64,000 nucleotides of DNA from Octopus vulgaris (taxonomy: Eukaryota): NCBI GenBank assembly GCA_951406725.2, contig OX597822.1, forward strand, positions 106,702,001-106,766,000, written 5' to 3'. Positions within the stretch are counted from its first letter, which is position 1; each line of letters begins with the position of its first letter. Below are positions 1-51,604 of the stretch, piece after piece. Both the position numbers and the translations under genes were made by a program. The notes under the pieces were generated by a model. That model was given only the letters and a program-made list of their open reading frames with translations, did no database searches and was not told where the DNA came from.

Positions 1-208
1 CTTGAAGGGGAACTTTGTAGGTGCAATCCCATGGTCATTCATGGCCGGAGGTGTCTTTACCCTTTACCGTGTGATGGACTGGCATCCAAGGGTGAAATGG
101 TGACTCAAGAAAATCACCTGAAAGGAGGTCTTGCAACTCACATTTTGTATTCTGCGAATAAAAGAGTGAATAACACAATCTATTCTGTAAACCTTGACTG
201 TATGAGAT

Positions 209-635
209 TCATCATCATCATCATCATCATCATTTAACGTCCGCTTTCCATGCTAACATGGGTTGGACAGTTCGACTGGGGTCTGGGAAGCCAGGAGGCT
301 GCACCAGGCCCAGTCTGATCTGGCAATGTTTCTACAGCTGGATGCCCTTCCTAACGCCAACCACTCCATGAGTGTAGTGGGTGCTTTTTACGTGCCAGGC
401 GAGGCTGGCAACGGCCACGATCTGTTGGTGCTTTTTACTTGCCACTGGCACGGAGGCCAGTCGAGGCAGGACTGGCAACGACCACGTTTGGATGGTTCTT
501 TTACGTGCCACCGGCACTGGTATCACAACTACAATTTCCATTGACTTTTGATCGATTTCGATTTCACTTCCCTCAACAGGTCTTCGCAAGCAGAGTTTTG
601 TATCTCAAGAAGGAACGGCATGCATAAGTGGACTG
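209..635 (-). mobile_element. RTE LINE 3'-end fragment; representative of more than 15 copies. Same strand: ~4850, 6828, 8770, 9709, 10760, 11917, 12075, 35947, 38490, 52160. Opposite strand: ~6420, 18725, 28910, 39355
   Basis: (cat)n-ttaacgtccgctttccatgctagcatgggttggac...ctggatgcccttcctaacgccaaccactcc, matching the 3' UTR of the element at 23379-23975. Confidence 0.88.
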
Positions 636-2146
636 GTTATGTCAAAGATCAATCAATCAGTGACTAAATTGATTAGAATAAATTGTGGTTATCTGTCATT
701 ATTCTGTCAGTCATTATCAGTTCAATTGATTAAAGTGTTTTTCAACCAATAGAAAATATCAGTACTTCCTTCATAACTAATTACATTAGTTCCTTGGTTT
801 TTATTTACTGATAAGTAAAACAAATGAAATTATTTTTTTTCTCTGTGTGTTTTTCTTCGTTTTCTTTCTCTGTGAAATTCAATATTTTGAGTGCGTCGTA
901 GCCTTTTCTTTTCTGTACCTTCTTCATAATGTGCTTTTCCTGTCTAAAACATGGGCGGGAAAAAGTAAAGTCAGTGATATTTATACGATCTCACTTTGTC
1001 TTTATATTACACCATTGTTGTTTGTTTTTATTGTGACTCCTTTCTATCGTCTCATTTCCTTGTGGTCCTTCTCTGTTACAAACCATCCTCTCATAAACTC
1101 ACTGTTGTTATTTCAAACCTCCTCTATCATTCTGTCTGTTTTTGTTCCCAATTCCATTGCCACCATCTTGGTCTTCTTTTCAGCTGCTTCCTCCACCTAC
1201 CCTTATGTAATGCTGGGGTGGCCATATATTTTCTTTATAACATGACAACCGTACCTGTTTCTTTATCATACTTTAACCTATCAATGCCTAGTATATATTT
1301 CTTTAGTACCCACAAGGGGCTAAACATAGAAGGGACAAACAAGGTCAGACAGACAGATTAAGTCGATTATATCGACCCCAGTGCGCAACTGGTACTTAAT
1401 TTATCGACCCCGAAAGGATGAAAGGCAAAGTCGACCTTGGCGGAATCTATCAATGCCTAGTATAAAGCCACCCCCACCTCCACTGCACCTCCACTTTGTT
1501 GAGAGGTCTTTAGTTTGTCTTGTGAGTTTTTTGGTGACTTGTGTCTTGCTATAAAGACAATAGTTGTGAAAAAAGCATCAATGTCATTTTTTCATTTTCA
1601 ATTTTCTGTGGAAATATGTCTGATCATTGGGGGGAAATACCTTACTTGGAAATAGGAGAGTTGGATATAGGAAAGGCATCTGTCCCAGTGTCACAAAAAG
1701 AAAAGCACCCAGGTCGTGAGCTAGCAGAAACGTTAGCACGCCAGCCAAAATACATAGCGGTATTTTGTCTGCCCTTACGTTCTGAGTTCAAATTCCACCG
1801 AGGTGGACTTTGCCTTTCATCTTTTCGAGGTCGATAAATTAAGTACCAGTTACGCAGTGGGATCGATGTAATCGACTTAATATCTATTTGTCTGTCCTTG
1901 TTTGTCCTCTCTGTGTTTAGCTCCTTGTGGGTAGTAAAGAAATAGGTATTGAGAATGGTATCCTGCAGAAGCAGACATTGGAGCTTGACACTGCTCTCTG
2001 GCTCCTGGGACACTTTTAAACTAACCAACTCATTCCAGCAAGGAAAATGGACATGAACTGATGTGATTTTTCTTATTTATTATGTTCCTCCCTCACCTTC
2101 ATCTATTTCCTTCATTGTCTTTATTTTCTGTTGTATTTTTCTCCAG

Positions 2147-40834
<38,688 letters not shown>

Positions 40835-41044
40835 GAAACATTGGCGTTTGCTTCACGTCGGGACTTCAAGGCGTTCTCTAAATGGTATTTCCACCTTCCA
40901 CCACTGTCCCCTCTCTCCTTCCCTTACTTACCCATACAATCTCTCCCTCTCTCTTGCCCTTCTCCACACCCACATTAATCTTTATTTATTGATTGATATT
41001 TATATATATATATCTATATATATATATTTATATATATACATATA

Positions 41045-41097
<53 letters not shown>

Positions 41098-41120
41098 CAT
41101 TTATATATATATATATAACA

Positions 41121-41210
<90 letters not shown>

Positions 41211-41600
41211 CATATATGTATATATACATATATAATAATAATAATGAAATTATTGTATATAGTGCTCAGGTGCACCACAGGAGCACTGTATACAATAATT
41301 TCATTATTATTATATATACATATATATACACATATATGTATATATACATATACATACATGTATGTATATATATATACATACATATATGTATATATACATG
41401 TATGTATATATATATATGTATGTATTTAAATTTTTTTTTTCAACTTTTTATACGTTGCCTTCCTTGATGTTTGCTTCTACTCAGGATTCTAAAACTAGAG
41501 ACACTTTATGGTATCAAACTTCCAAAAAATGTTGTTTTTCTCTCTTCTTCCGTCTGTCCGTTTGTCATATTGATTATTAATTATTGATTATATATAAGTA

Positions 41601-41606
41601 AATAAA
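41601..41606 (+). terminator. Probable SPAG1 polyadenylation signal
   Basis: AATAAA about 770 nt after the stop codon, followed about 15-35 nt later by a GT/T-rich tract (tgtattggtgttcagtttttt). Confidence 0.55.
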
Positions 41607-41879
41607 ATTAAATCAACCTGTATTGGTGTTCAGTTTTTTATTTTTATTGGATCATTAAAAAAAATTTTTTTTTTACTTGTTTCAGTCATTTAACTGTGAC
41701 CATGCTGGGGCACTGCCTTGAAAAAGTTTTAACTGAATGAATTGAGCCTAATTGTTATTCTATTGGTCTCTTTTGTTGAAGTGCTAAGTTACAGGGATGT
41801 AAATATACCAACACCAGTTATCAAGCAAGGGATAAACACAAACACACACACACATACATATGACAGGCTTCTTTCAGTT

Positions 41880-42836
41880 TATTTCTTTACTACCCACAAG
41901 GGGCTAAACACAGAGAGGACAAATAAAGACAGACAAATGGATTAAGTCGATTATATCGACCCCAGCGTGTAACTGGTACTTATTTAATTGATCCTGAAAG
42001 GATGAAAGGCAAATTCAACTTCAGTGGAATTTGAACTCAGAACGTAGCGGCAGACGAAATACCTATTTCTTTACTACCCACAAGGGGCTAAACACAGAGG
42101 AGGCAAACAAGGACAGACAAAGGGATTAAGTTGATTATATCGACCCCAGTGCGTAACTGGTAATTATTTAATCGACCCCGAATGGATGAAAGGCAAAGTC
42201 GACCTCGGCAGAATTTGAACTCAGAACGTAGCGGCAGACGAAATACCTATTTCTTTACTACCCACAAGGGGCTAAACACAGAGAGGACAAACAAGGACAG
42301 ACAAATGGATTAAGTTGATTATATCGAAACCAGTGCGTAACTGGTACTTAATTTGTCGACCCCGAAAGGATGAAAGGCAAATTCGACCTTGGTGGAATTT
42401 GAACTCAGAATGTAACGGCAGACGAAATACCTATTTCTTTACTACCCACAAGGGGCTAAACACAGAGGAGGCAAACAAGGACAGACAAAGGGATTAAGTT
42501 GATTATATCGACCCCAGTGCGTAACTGGTAATTATTTAATCGACCCCAAATGGATGAAAGGCAAAGTCGACCCTGTTGGAATTTGAACTCAGAACATAGC
42601 GGCAGATGAAATACCTATTTCTTTACTACCCACAAGGGGCTAAACACAGAGAGGACAGACAAATGGATTAAGTTGATTATATCGACCCCAGTGCGTAACT
42701 GGTACTTATTTAATCAACCCTGAAAGGATGAAAAGCAAAGTCGACCTCGGTAGAATTTGAACTCAGAACATAGCGGCAGACGAAATACCGCTAAGCATTT
42801 CACCTGACGTGCTAACATTTCTGCCAGCTCGCCGCC
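41880..42836 (-). mobile_element. SINE family A as one head plus five tandem 184-bp bodies
   Basis: Units start at 42063, 42247, 42431 and 42615; a tRNA-like head (ggcggcgagctggcagaa) at the right end; TSD ttctttcagtt. Confidence 0.88.
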
Positions 42837-43579
42837 TTCTTTCAGTTCTTTCAGTTTCTGCCTACCAAATCCCCTCACATGGTTTTGATCTGCCTGAGGC
42901 TATAGTAGAAAACAATTGCCTAAGGTTCCACACAGGGGGACTGAACTTGGGACCTGGAACCATGGCTGGGAAGCAAGCTTACAACACAGCCATGCCTATG
43001 CCCCTATTTGTAAATGTTGTTGTTGGTATTTAGCCTCAGGTTAGAGCAGATGTATGATTAAAAGCATTCCAGGCATGACTATCTCATCTTTTTGGTATAT
43101 TTAATGTATTGCATTATTCCTTTTCCAAGACAGCAGTTTGCAATGTAAAAGAATTTAGCTGCTATTTCTAACACAATGCGCAGCCACATATCGGCTCCTT
43201 CTCTGGTTTGATATGAAAGATGTTTTAATAATTTGCAGAGTTCACACCTTTGTGTATCAGAAGAACAGGTGATTAGAGTATTGCTCTCGAATCCCTAAAA
43301 TATCATAGGATGTATAAGAGGTGTGGCTGTCAAGAACTTTGCTTCCCAGCCACAAGGTTTTGGATTCAGTACCCCTGTGAGGACCTTTGGACAGGTGTCT
43401 TCCACTATAGCCTCATGAGCCTTGTGGATTTGGTTGATGGAAACTGAAAGAAGCCTAACCTGTGTGTTTTCATGTTTACACTTAATATAGCTGTCATAAA
43501 CAAGTGTTCCATTTATACAAGCAGTGTCATTCGTTTATAATGTTTTGCAAAAACGTCTGGCCAAGGGGGAAATATTACC

Positions 43580-43811
43580 TATTTCTTTACTACCCAGAAG
43601 GGGCTAAACACAGAGGGGACAAATAAAGACAGACACACGGATTAAGTTGATTACACGGACCCCAGTGCATAACTGGTACTTATTTAATCGACCCCGAAAG
43701 GATGAAAGGCAAAGTCGACCTCGGCGGAATTTGAACCCAGAACGTAGCAGCAGAAGAAATACCGCCAAGCATTTCGCCCGGCGTGCTAACGTTTCTGCCA
43801 TCTCGCCGCCT
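43580..43811 (-). mobile_element. SINE family A monomer. Others at ~1297, 1712, 20021, 20200, 30075, 44826, 45192, 47174, 56166, 56757
   Basis: Head ggcggcgagctggcagaaacgttagc, central gcctttcatcctttcggggtcgat; TSD aagggggaaatattacct. Confidence 0.85.
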
Positions 43812-46179
43812 TAAGGGGGAAATATTACCTTGCTTAGAAACACACGAGGTTTGGTAACAGGAAGGGTATCTGGCCATAGAAAATCTGCTTCAAATGAAAT
43901 ACATCTGAGACATGCAAGCATGGAAAAGTGAATGTTAAAACAATGGTGATGATGATGATGTAACTAAATGAAGTACATAAAGAAACCACTGCAGGAGATT
44001 CTATGAAACCTTTTATTGACTTCAGACACCAGGTCAAATGGTGCAGCTTATGTATGTTCTCGAACTGGGTCTGAGCTGTAGCTTGTACCACAAAAGGAAT
44101 ATGATCCCAAATGTGGAAATTTGGGCACTTGAACTAACTAGTGCCATTTAGCTTTCAATCCATGTCTATGGAAGTTTATGTATTCCTCATCTCTTTTTTC
44201 TCCTGTGGTTTAAGATGATGACTTGAGGGACAATTAGGGATTTTAGCAAGAATATTGTCGTGGAATATAGGACTCATACGGCCTGTTTTGATAATTTGAG
44301 GTTGACTTTACTTTTCATCCTTTAAGAGTTAATGAAATAAGTACCAGTTTAACACCTGGATCATGGTTATTGACTAGCCCTCTCCCCACAAGTTTCAGGC
44401 ATTCTGCTTTTTGTAGAGAGGATTATTTTATCCCATCTTTTGGAACAATCTTTGAAGTCTTGAACTTTCTAAGTAGATTCTTTCTAACAATATCAAAACA
44501 CCCAAAGTGCAACTTAAAAAACAACAACATTACACTAATCTTTTACTTGCTGCAGTCATTAGACTGTGGCCATGCTGGGGCACCGCCTTGAAGAATTTTT
44601 AGTTGAATGAATTAACTCCAGTACGTATTTTTTGTTAAGCCTGGTACTTATTCTATCGGTTCTATTGCTGGACCACTAAGTTACGGGAGCATAAACTCAC
44701 CAACACTGGTTGTCAATAGGGAGTTGGGGACAACAGGGGCACAAACATACCCACGCCTATCTGTCTGTGATAGACTTCCTTAAAATCCTTAAATCCTTAA
44801 AAATGTTTTAGCCTGAAGGCCGCGCCCACAAAGGGCTACACACAGAAGGGACAGACAAAGGGATAAAGTCGATTACACCGACCCCAGTGCGTAACTGGTA
44901 CTTAATTTATCGACCCTAAAAGGAGGCAGTCGACCTCGTCGGAATTTGAACTCAGAACGTAACAGGCAGACGAAATACTGCTATGCATTTCGCCCGGCGT
45001 GCTAACGCTTCTGCCAGCTCACCACTTTCAGGTGCCTTTGGGAAATTTCGAACCTGGGTTCCCATTCCTAAAACTTCTTTCAAATCCACTCATGCAGCTT
45101 TGGTTGCTTGAGGCTATAGTAGAAGACACTTGCTCAAGGTGTCACACAGCGGGACTGAACCTGGCATCAGGTGGTTGGGAAGCAAGCTTCTTATTTCTTT
45201 ACTGCCCACAAGGGGCTAAACATAGAGGGTTACAAACAAGGACAGACACACGGATTAAGTCGATTACATCGACCCCAGTGCGTAACTGGTACTTAATTTA
45301 TCGACCCCGAAAGGATGAAAGGCAAAGTCGACCTCGGCGGAATTCGAACTCAGAACGTAAAGACGGACGAAATACCGCTGAGCATTTCGCCCGGCGTGCT
45401 AACGTTTCTGCCAGTTCGCCGCAAGCTTCTTACCACACAACTACGTCTGCCCCTAATATTGATACAATTTACATTTGAGATTAGCAAGCTCTTTCAATAT
45501 AAGAAAGTCTATCGACTGGAATTTATAATCAAAGGCTTTCCAACCGTGACAATCCTGCTGTGATTTATAAAAACATTTGACTACCATTTCTAGCAGGATA
45601 AATGACTGTATAAAGTTGAAGTCCAGTCCATTATGCGGATAACATTTCTGATATTGGATGTTAACATCAACAAAAGAATATCTTCAAAACGTACCTCTTC
45701 GTATTTATTTGTTTTGTTTATTATGCATGTTTATTTGTATATTTATTTAATTGTACATTTAAAATAAGGAAGGTTTGGAATTCTCAAACAGAATAAAGTG
45801 AGGTTGAAACACATTAGACGTAAGTTTGGCAGAATCTTCAGGGAGTTGGAAAAAAACAAAATATCTTACAAAATTTGTTCAGGTTTTTTTATGTGCACAT
45901 CTCATCAAGGTCGACTTTATCTTTTAACCTTTCGAAGTCGATAAAATAAAGCACCAGTAAAATACTGTGGTCATTTTTAATCGATAGTCGATCTGTGCCA
46001 ATTTGCAATCGTTTCGTGTCGTTAGATTTTATGCACAGAAAAAATTCGTCGTATGCGAGGACAATCAGAATTATCTCCCTTATAGCGGTAAATGTGAAAG
46101 TTATCTCCCTTATAAGGCACTACTTCCAAACAATCTGGTCATCAATTCGGGTTTGTATTGTCGCTTGTGAGTAAAAAAT

Positions 46180-46440
46180 AGAATAAAGAAATCTGCAGAG
46201 GATCCTTGGATGGGATCTCTTACTCAATTTGCCATACTCTCCCAGCATTGCACCATCAGACTTTCATTTGTTGAGGTCCCTGCAAAAATCTTTGAATGGG
46301 AATTCACTTAATGATTTTGTAGTAGCCAAAAACCACCTGAATAACTTCCTTTTTTTTCCGAGAGAGTCCAGTTCAATGCGGATGGAACATTGAAGCTCCT
46401 GAATAATGACCTAAAGATATTAACATAAATGGTTCCGTGA
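46180..46440 (+). mobile_element. Mariner transposase C-terminal relic
   Basis: ccatactctcccagcattgcaccatcagactttcatttgttgaggtccctgcaa translates to PYSPSIAPSDFHLLRSLQ. Confidence 0.7.
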
Positions 46441-47019
46441 AGGTAAGATCAACAAAAAAATACTCCATCTGGCGAAAGATAAATCACGTGATCACCGTGA
46501 CCGGTGTTGCTACACATCACTGGTCACAATGTGCTTCGCATTGTTTTAGCCGTCAAATGACGCCACACTGCTGGCTAAGCGAGCAGGCCAACAGAAGAGA
46601 GAGAGAAACTTGTGGCGAAAGAGTACAGCAGGGGTCACCATCACCCCCTGCCGGAGCCTCTAACTCTTTCTTCTGTTGGCCTGCTCGTTTAGCCAGCAGT
46701 GTGGCGTCATTTGACGGCTAAAACAATGCGAAGCGCATTGTGACCAGCGATGTGTTGCAACATCTGATAGCCTGGTCGGTCACGGTGATATATATATATT
46801 CTTTTATTCTTTTACTAGTTTCAATCATTTGACTGCGGCCATGCTAGAGCACCGCCTTTAGTCGAACAAATCGACCCAAAGACTTATTCTTTGTAAACCT
46901 AGCACTTATTCTGTTGGTCTCTTTTGCCGCACCGCTAAGTTACGGGGATGTAAACACACCAACATCGGTTGTCAAGTGATGGTGGGGGAACAAACAGATA
47001 CACCTACATACCTACCTAC

Positions 47020-47055
<36 letters not shown>

Positions 47056-47697
47056 TTATCTACCAAATCCACTCACAAGTCTTTGGTCGGCCCGAGGCTA
47101 AAATAAACACTTGTCTAAGGTGCCATGTAGTGGTACTGAACCCAGGAACCGTGTGGTTGGGAAGCAAGCTTCTTATTTCTTTATTGCCCACAAGGGTCTA
47201 AACATAGAGGGAACAAACAGGGACAGACATAGAGATTAAGTCGATTACATCGACCTCAGTACGTAACTGGTATTTAATTTATTGACCCCGAAAGGATGAA
47301 AGGCAGAGTCGATCTCGGCGGAATTTGAACTCAGAACGTAGCGGCAGACGAAATACCTATTTCTTTACTACACACAGAGTGGACAGACAAAGGGATTAAG
47401 TCGATTATATAACTGCGTAACTGCTACTTAATTTATCGACTCCGAAAGGATGAAAGGCAAAGTCATCTCGGTGGAATTTGAACTCAGAACGTAGCGGCAG
47501 ACGAAATACCGCTAAGCATTTCACCCGGCGTGCTAACGTTTCTGCCAGCTCGCCGCCTTGCGAGCTTCTTACCACACAGCCACTTCTGCAGCGGCACCCG
47601 GAGTTGAAGCGTCGGTTCTGTCCGAGGCGGGACAAACGGCTCCGCTCTCTATAATAATAATAACAACAATTCTAAGACGGAATTTATAAACATTTAA

Positions 47698-47836
47698 TAC
47701 ATCGCTACGCGCGTTTCCACAAATCACATGATTTTAACACCAGAGTCCCCATCCTTGGGATTAGTACAGTATAGCCCGTATTATCCGTGGGAATCCGGTT
47801 GATCATCACCATTGATTCATTTCATCAGGGGATACT
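47698..47836 (-). ncRNA. Type I hammerhead ribozyme motif with extended stem II
   Basis: CUGAUGA (47828-47822), a ~105-nt stem II region, then GAAAC-GCGC-GUA (47717-47706). Stem I is agUAUCcC/GcGAUGua with one mismatch. Confidence 0.65.
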
Positions 47837-47940
47837 GCATTAGTGGATGAATCACAGATGGATGTTTATCACTTCTTGCCAGTATGACAGCCAATCTAGT
47901 AATGATTGGCCTTTATACTCGCAAGAAGGGATACTAATTT

Positions 47941-48080
47941 TGTATCGCCTAAAGAAATGAATTAATGATGATGATCAACCGGATACCTACGGATAATAAG
48001 TACTATACCGTACTTAATCGCAAGGATATGGATTCTGATTTTAAAATCATGTGATTTGTGGAAACGCGCGTAGCGATGTA
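47941..48080 (+). ncRNA. Type I hammerhead ribozyme motif, core degenerate (CUAAAGA)
   Basis: Stem I ugUAUCGC/GCGAUGua, core 47949-47955, long stem II, GAAACGCGCGUA at 48061-48072. Confidence 0.55.
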
Positions 48081-48243
48081 TTAAATATTCATAAATTCCA
48101 TCCTAGAATTATTGTTATTGTGTTTATCCTACTTTATAACGGTGTAACCATGAAGCAACCCCGAAAAACTGACTCACTAGTCAGTAATATTAGACGGTAA
48201 CTGGCATTCGGGTACCCCTAATGTTACCACAAACAAGATATAT

Positions 48244-48456
<213 letters not shown>

Positions 48457-48465
48457 ATATATATG

Positions 48466-48511
<46 letters not shown>

Positions 48512-49223
48512 GTATATATATATATGTTTTTCTGTTGTAAAAAATTGGTTTGTTCCATGCTTGTTTTTCCGTTTTCGTTTCTCGTTGAGTAATACGTCTA
48601 TTTGTGGTGTCCTGTACTCACGTATATATATTTATACATGCATGTAGATGTAGGTACGTACACATATGTATGTATGTATGCATATATTTTAATTATTACA
48701 CTATTGTATGACTGAGCGCCTTGTACGTATGTGTATATACGTGAATGTATGTAGATGTATATATGTATGAACATATATATATGTATATATATATGTATGA
48801 ACATAACATGTGTGTATGTGTATGAGTGTACGTGTGAGTGTGTGTGGCGTGAGTGAGTGTTTGTGTTCGTATCAGTGAGTAGAAAGATAAATGGACTCTT
48901 TAGACTATCCCTTGGGACGACAGCCGGGATGGCTGACCGAGGTCAAGATAAAAATAAGGATTTAAACAAAAGTAATAATAAAATTAAAATAAGGGAATAA
49001 AAATGTGTGTGTATGTGTGTGCATGTATATGCATGTGTATGTGTGTGTATGTATATATATGTGCGAGTGTGTGTATATATATATGTATATGTATGTATAT
49101 ATGTATATATATGTATATACATATGTATATATATATATGTATATATATGTATGGGTTTGTATGTGTATGTATGTATGTATATATATGTGTATATGGGTGT
49201 GTGTGTATGTATATATATATGTG

Positions 49224-49276
<53 letters not shown>

Positions 49277-49567
49277 ATATGTGAGCGTGTGTGTATGGGG
49301 GTGTATATCCCCTGTTATTTATATATTTATATATTTATATATATGTGTGTAGACATATATAAGTGTATGTATGAGTATGGGTATGGGCGTGTACGTAGAT
49401 ACATGTATATGGGTACATATGTACTTGTGTATATGGGTGTATGTGTGTATGTGTATGTGTATATATGTATATGTCTATGTATGCATATGTATGTATATAT
49501 GTGTGTATGTATATGTACACATATGTGTATATGTGTGTGTATATGGACATGTGTGTGCATGTATATA

Positions 49568-49607
<40 letters not shown>

Positions 49608-49850
49608 TATGTGGGTGTATATATATATGTATATGTATAAGTGAGAGTCTCCTTATTTACCTGAAACTCTATTTTTCTATTTATTCTTTTATTCTTTTAT
49701 TTATTCTTTTATCTACTTTACCACCGTTTCCTTTGACCACTCCCCTAAGAATGATAGTTTTGCGCCATGCCTACCCCCAAAAAGTCCCCCCCCCCCCCAC
49801 CCCTTTAAACCTGCCTAAATGTATAAATGCCAAAACAACTCTTGTCAACT

Positions 49851-49901
49851 AGCTTCCTGATGATTTCTTTTGAATGAAACAGTTCTAGTCCTGTAGAAGC
49901 T
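49851..49901 (+). ncRNA. Type I hammerhead ribozyme motif
   Basis: agcuuc-CUGAUGA-uuuc uuuu gaau-GAAA-cag uucuaguc cuG-UA-gaagcu. Stem I is 6 bp and stem III is intact; the stem II closing pair is U-U. Confidence 0.65.
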
Positions 49902-49983
49902 CCTTCTATATAATAAATTAATTTACTCTGCTATGCATTGAGTACCTTATTTACTGTGGTTAACCCCGAATCAACCCGGGACC

Positions 49984-50032
<49 letters not shown>

Positions 50033-50907
50033 TTGCGGTTGGTCATGTTTTGCCAATTAAACACACGCGCTGTATATTTGGCTTTCACTTCAGCTTTACT
50101 ATTATTATTTTAGTTTCTTTGTGAAAGTTCTTTCGCCACACACCCTGTGACTTCTGGCGTTTTCTCTGTTCCGCGTATCTCCTCTTGTTCTGCTTATTCC
50201 ATATATACATACATTATATGGGGGTGAAGAGAGACAGATAGAAAACGGTGAAGGGGAGAAAAGGGAATTAGAGAAGGATGGGGGAAGGTCTCTCTCTCCG
50301 CCTCTTTCTATTCTCCCTCTCTCATTGCGCACATGAGACCATCGTTCATCTTTCTTTACCTCACGTGACCATCTTTCTTCTTCTGCACGACTTTCTAAGG
50401 ACTGGACGTTTTCTTTCTCTCTCTTCTATCTTTTCTCTTTACAAAGAAAATATTTCTCCCAGCCTTCACTATTTTCCTCTCGTTCTAGTCTAACGACCCT
50501 CCATGTGTGTTTTCGTTCGGTTTCCTTGTATGTCTCTACTGTCCTGCTTTTGTTCCCAACTTTGACCCTCCATAAATCCTAAATTTTATTTTGGAATTTA
50601 TGGGAGCAACTGTCTTTGAAGCCTCATATTGTTGTTGACTGCTCGAAATGAAGAGTAGACAGACAGCCGACAACTGATGAAAGGTCATTCACTGTGCTTA
50701 CTTATCCTGTCTTCCAATTTTCCTCTCGTTGTCTGCGTATTTAACTCGTTTGTCGTCGTACTTCATGTTGTTTACACAGTTGGTGACGTTCTGTATCCAT
50801 ATATGCATATATATGTTTGTATGTATGTATGTATGTATGCATGTATGTATGTATGTATGTATGTATGTATGTATGTATGTATGTATGTATGTATGTATGT
50901 ATGTATG

Positions 50908-50978
<71 letters not shown>

Positions 50979-51139
50979 TGCCCCCTCGTTATCGAGTATG
51001 GCCATTGCACGAAGCTTAACTGTTATTGGTGCTGTGATCGAATGTGACTTTTTAGCCCAGCTAAAGATATACAATGTCTTGTACAAAATTGGCAACTAAA
51101 ACCTTTACCGGTAATAGCCGGCAGTAGTTGTAACTGGGC

Positions 51140-51604
51140 TTCATGTACCTCTGCATGTCGTTTAAGTCCTCCTGCCGAATACCTCTGGAAAATCCTGGAG
51201 GGTCTTGTCCCAAACTTTGGCATTCAAAGTTACTCCAACCGCAGAACGGGGCGCCGCTGCGTGGTGCCAAGGATTCCAACATCACCATCAAAATACAGGT
51301 CCAGATACTGCAACAGCTTGGGTTTCAGAGGACCACAGCTCTTTAACATCCTCCCTAAATGCCTGAGAGACTTACATGGTGTGGATGTGGGTTTCTTTGA
51401 AACTAAACTGGATCTCTTCTTGTTGGGAGTCCCAGATGAACCTACCTCACGACAGGAGACGCGGATGCGGGCAGCAGCATCGAACTCCCTTGTTGATCAA
51501 GTGCCACGTATCAGAGGTGGATTCACAAACTAGTGTAGCTCATTCAGCGGTGGTGCCCCAGCATGGCCGCGGCCTTCGGGCTAAAACATTTTTAAGGATT
51601 TAAG

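Noticed and set aside
263-544. Recurrent ORFs containing 'FLQLDALPNANHS'
   Set aside because: They are antisense translations of the RTE 3' UTR repeat, not a gene family.
847-1361. Hydrophobic ORFs of 121-132 aa
   Set aside because: They lie in a pyrimidine-rich intron with non-ATG starts and no recognisable motif; probably a decayed repeat.
41880-42790. CRISPR-like regular array
   Set aside because: Whole 184-bp units repeat without unique spacers, the context is eukaryotic, and there are no cas genes.
50640-50700. Hammerhead at ctcgaaa...ctgatga
   Set aside because: I could not build consistent stems around the core motifs.
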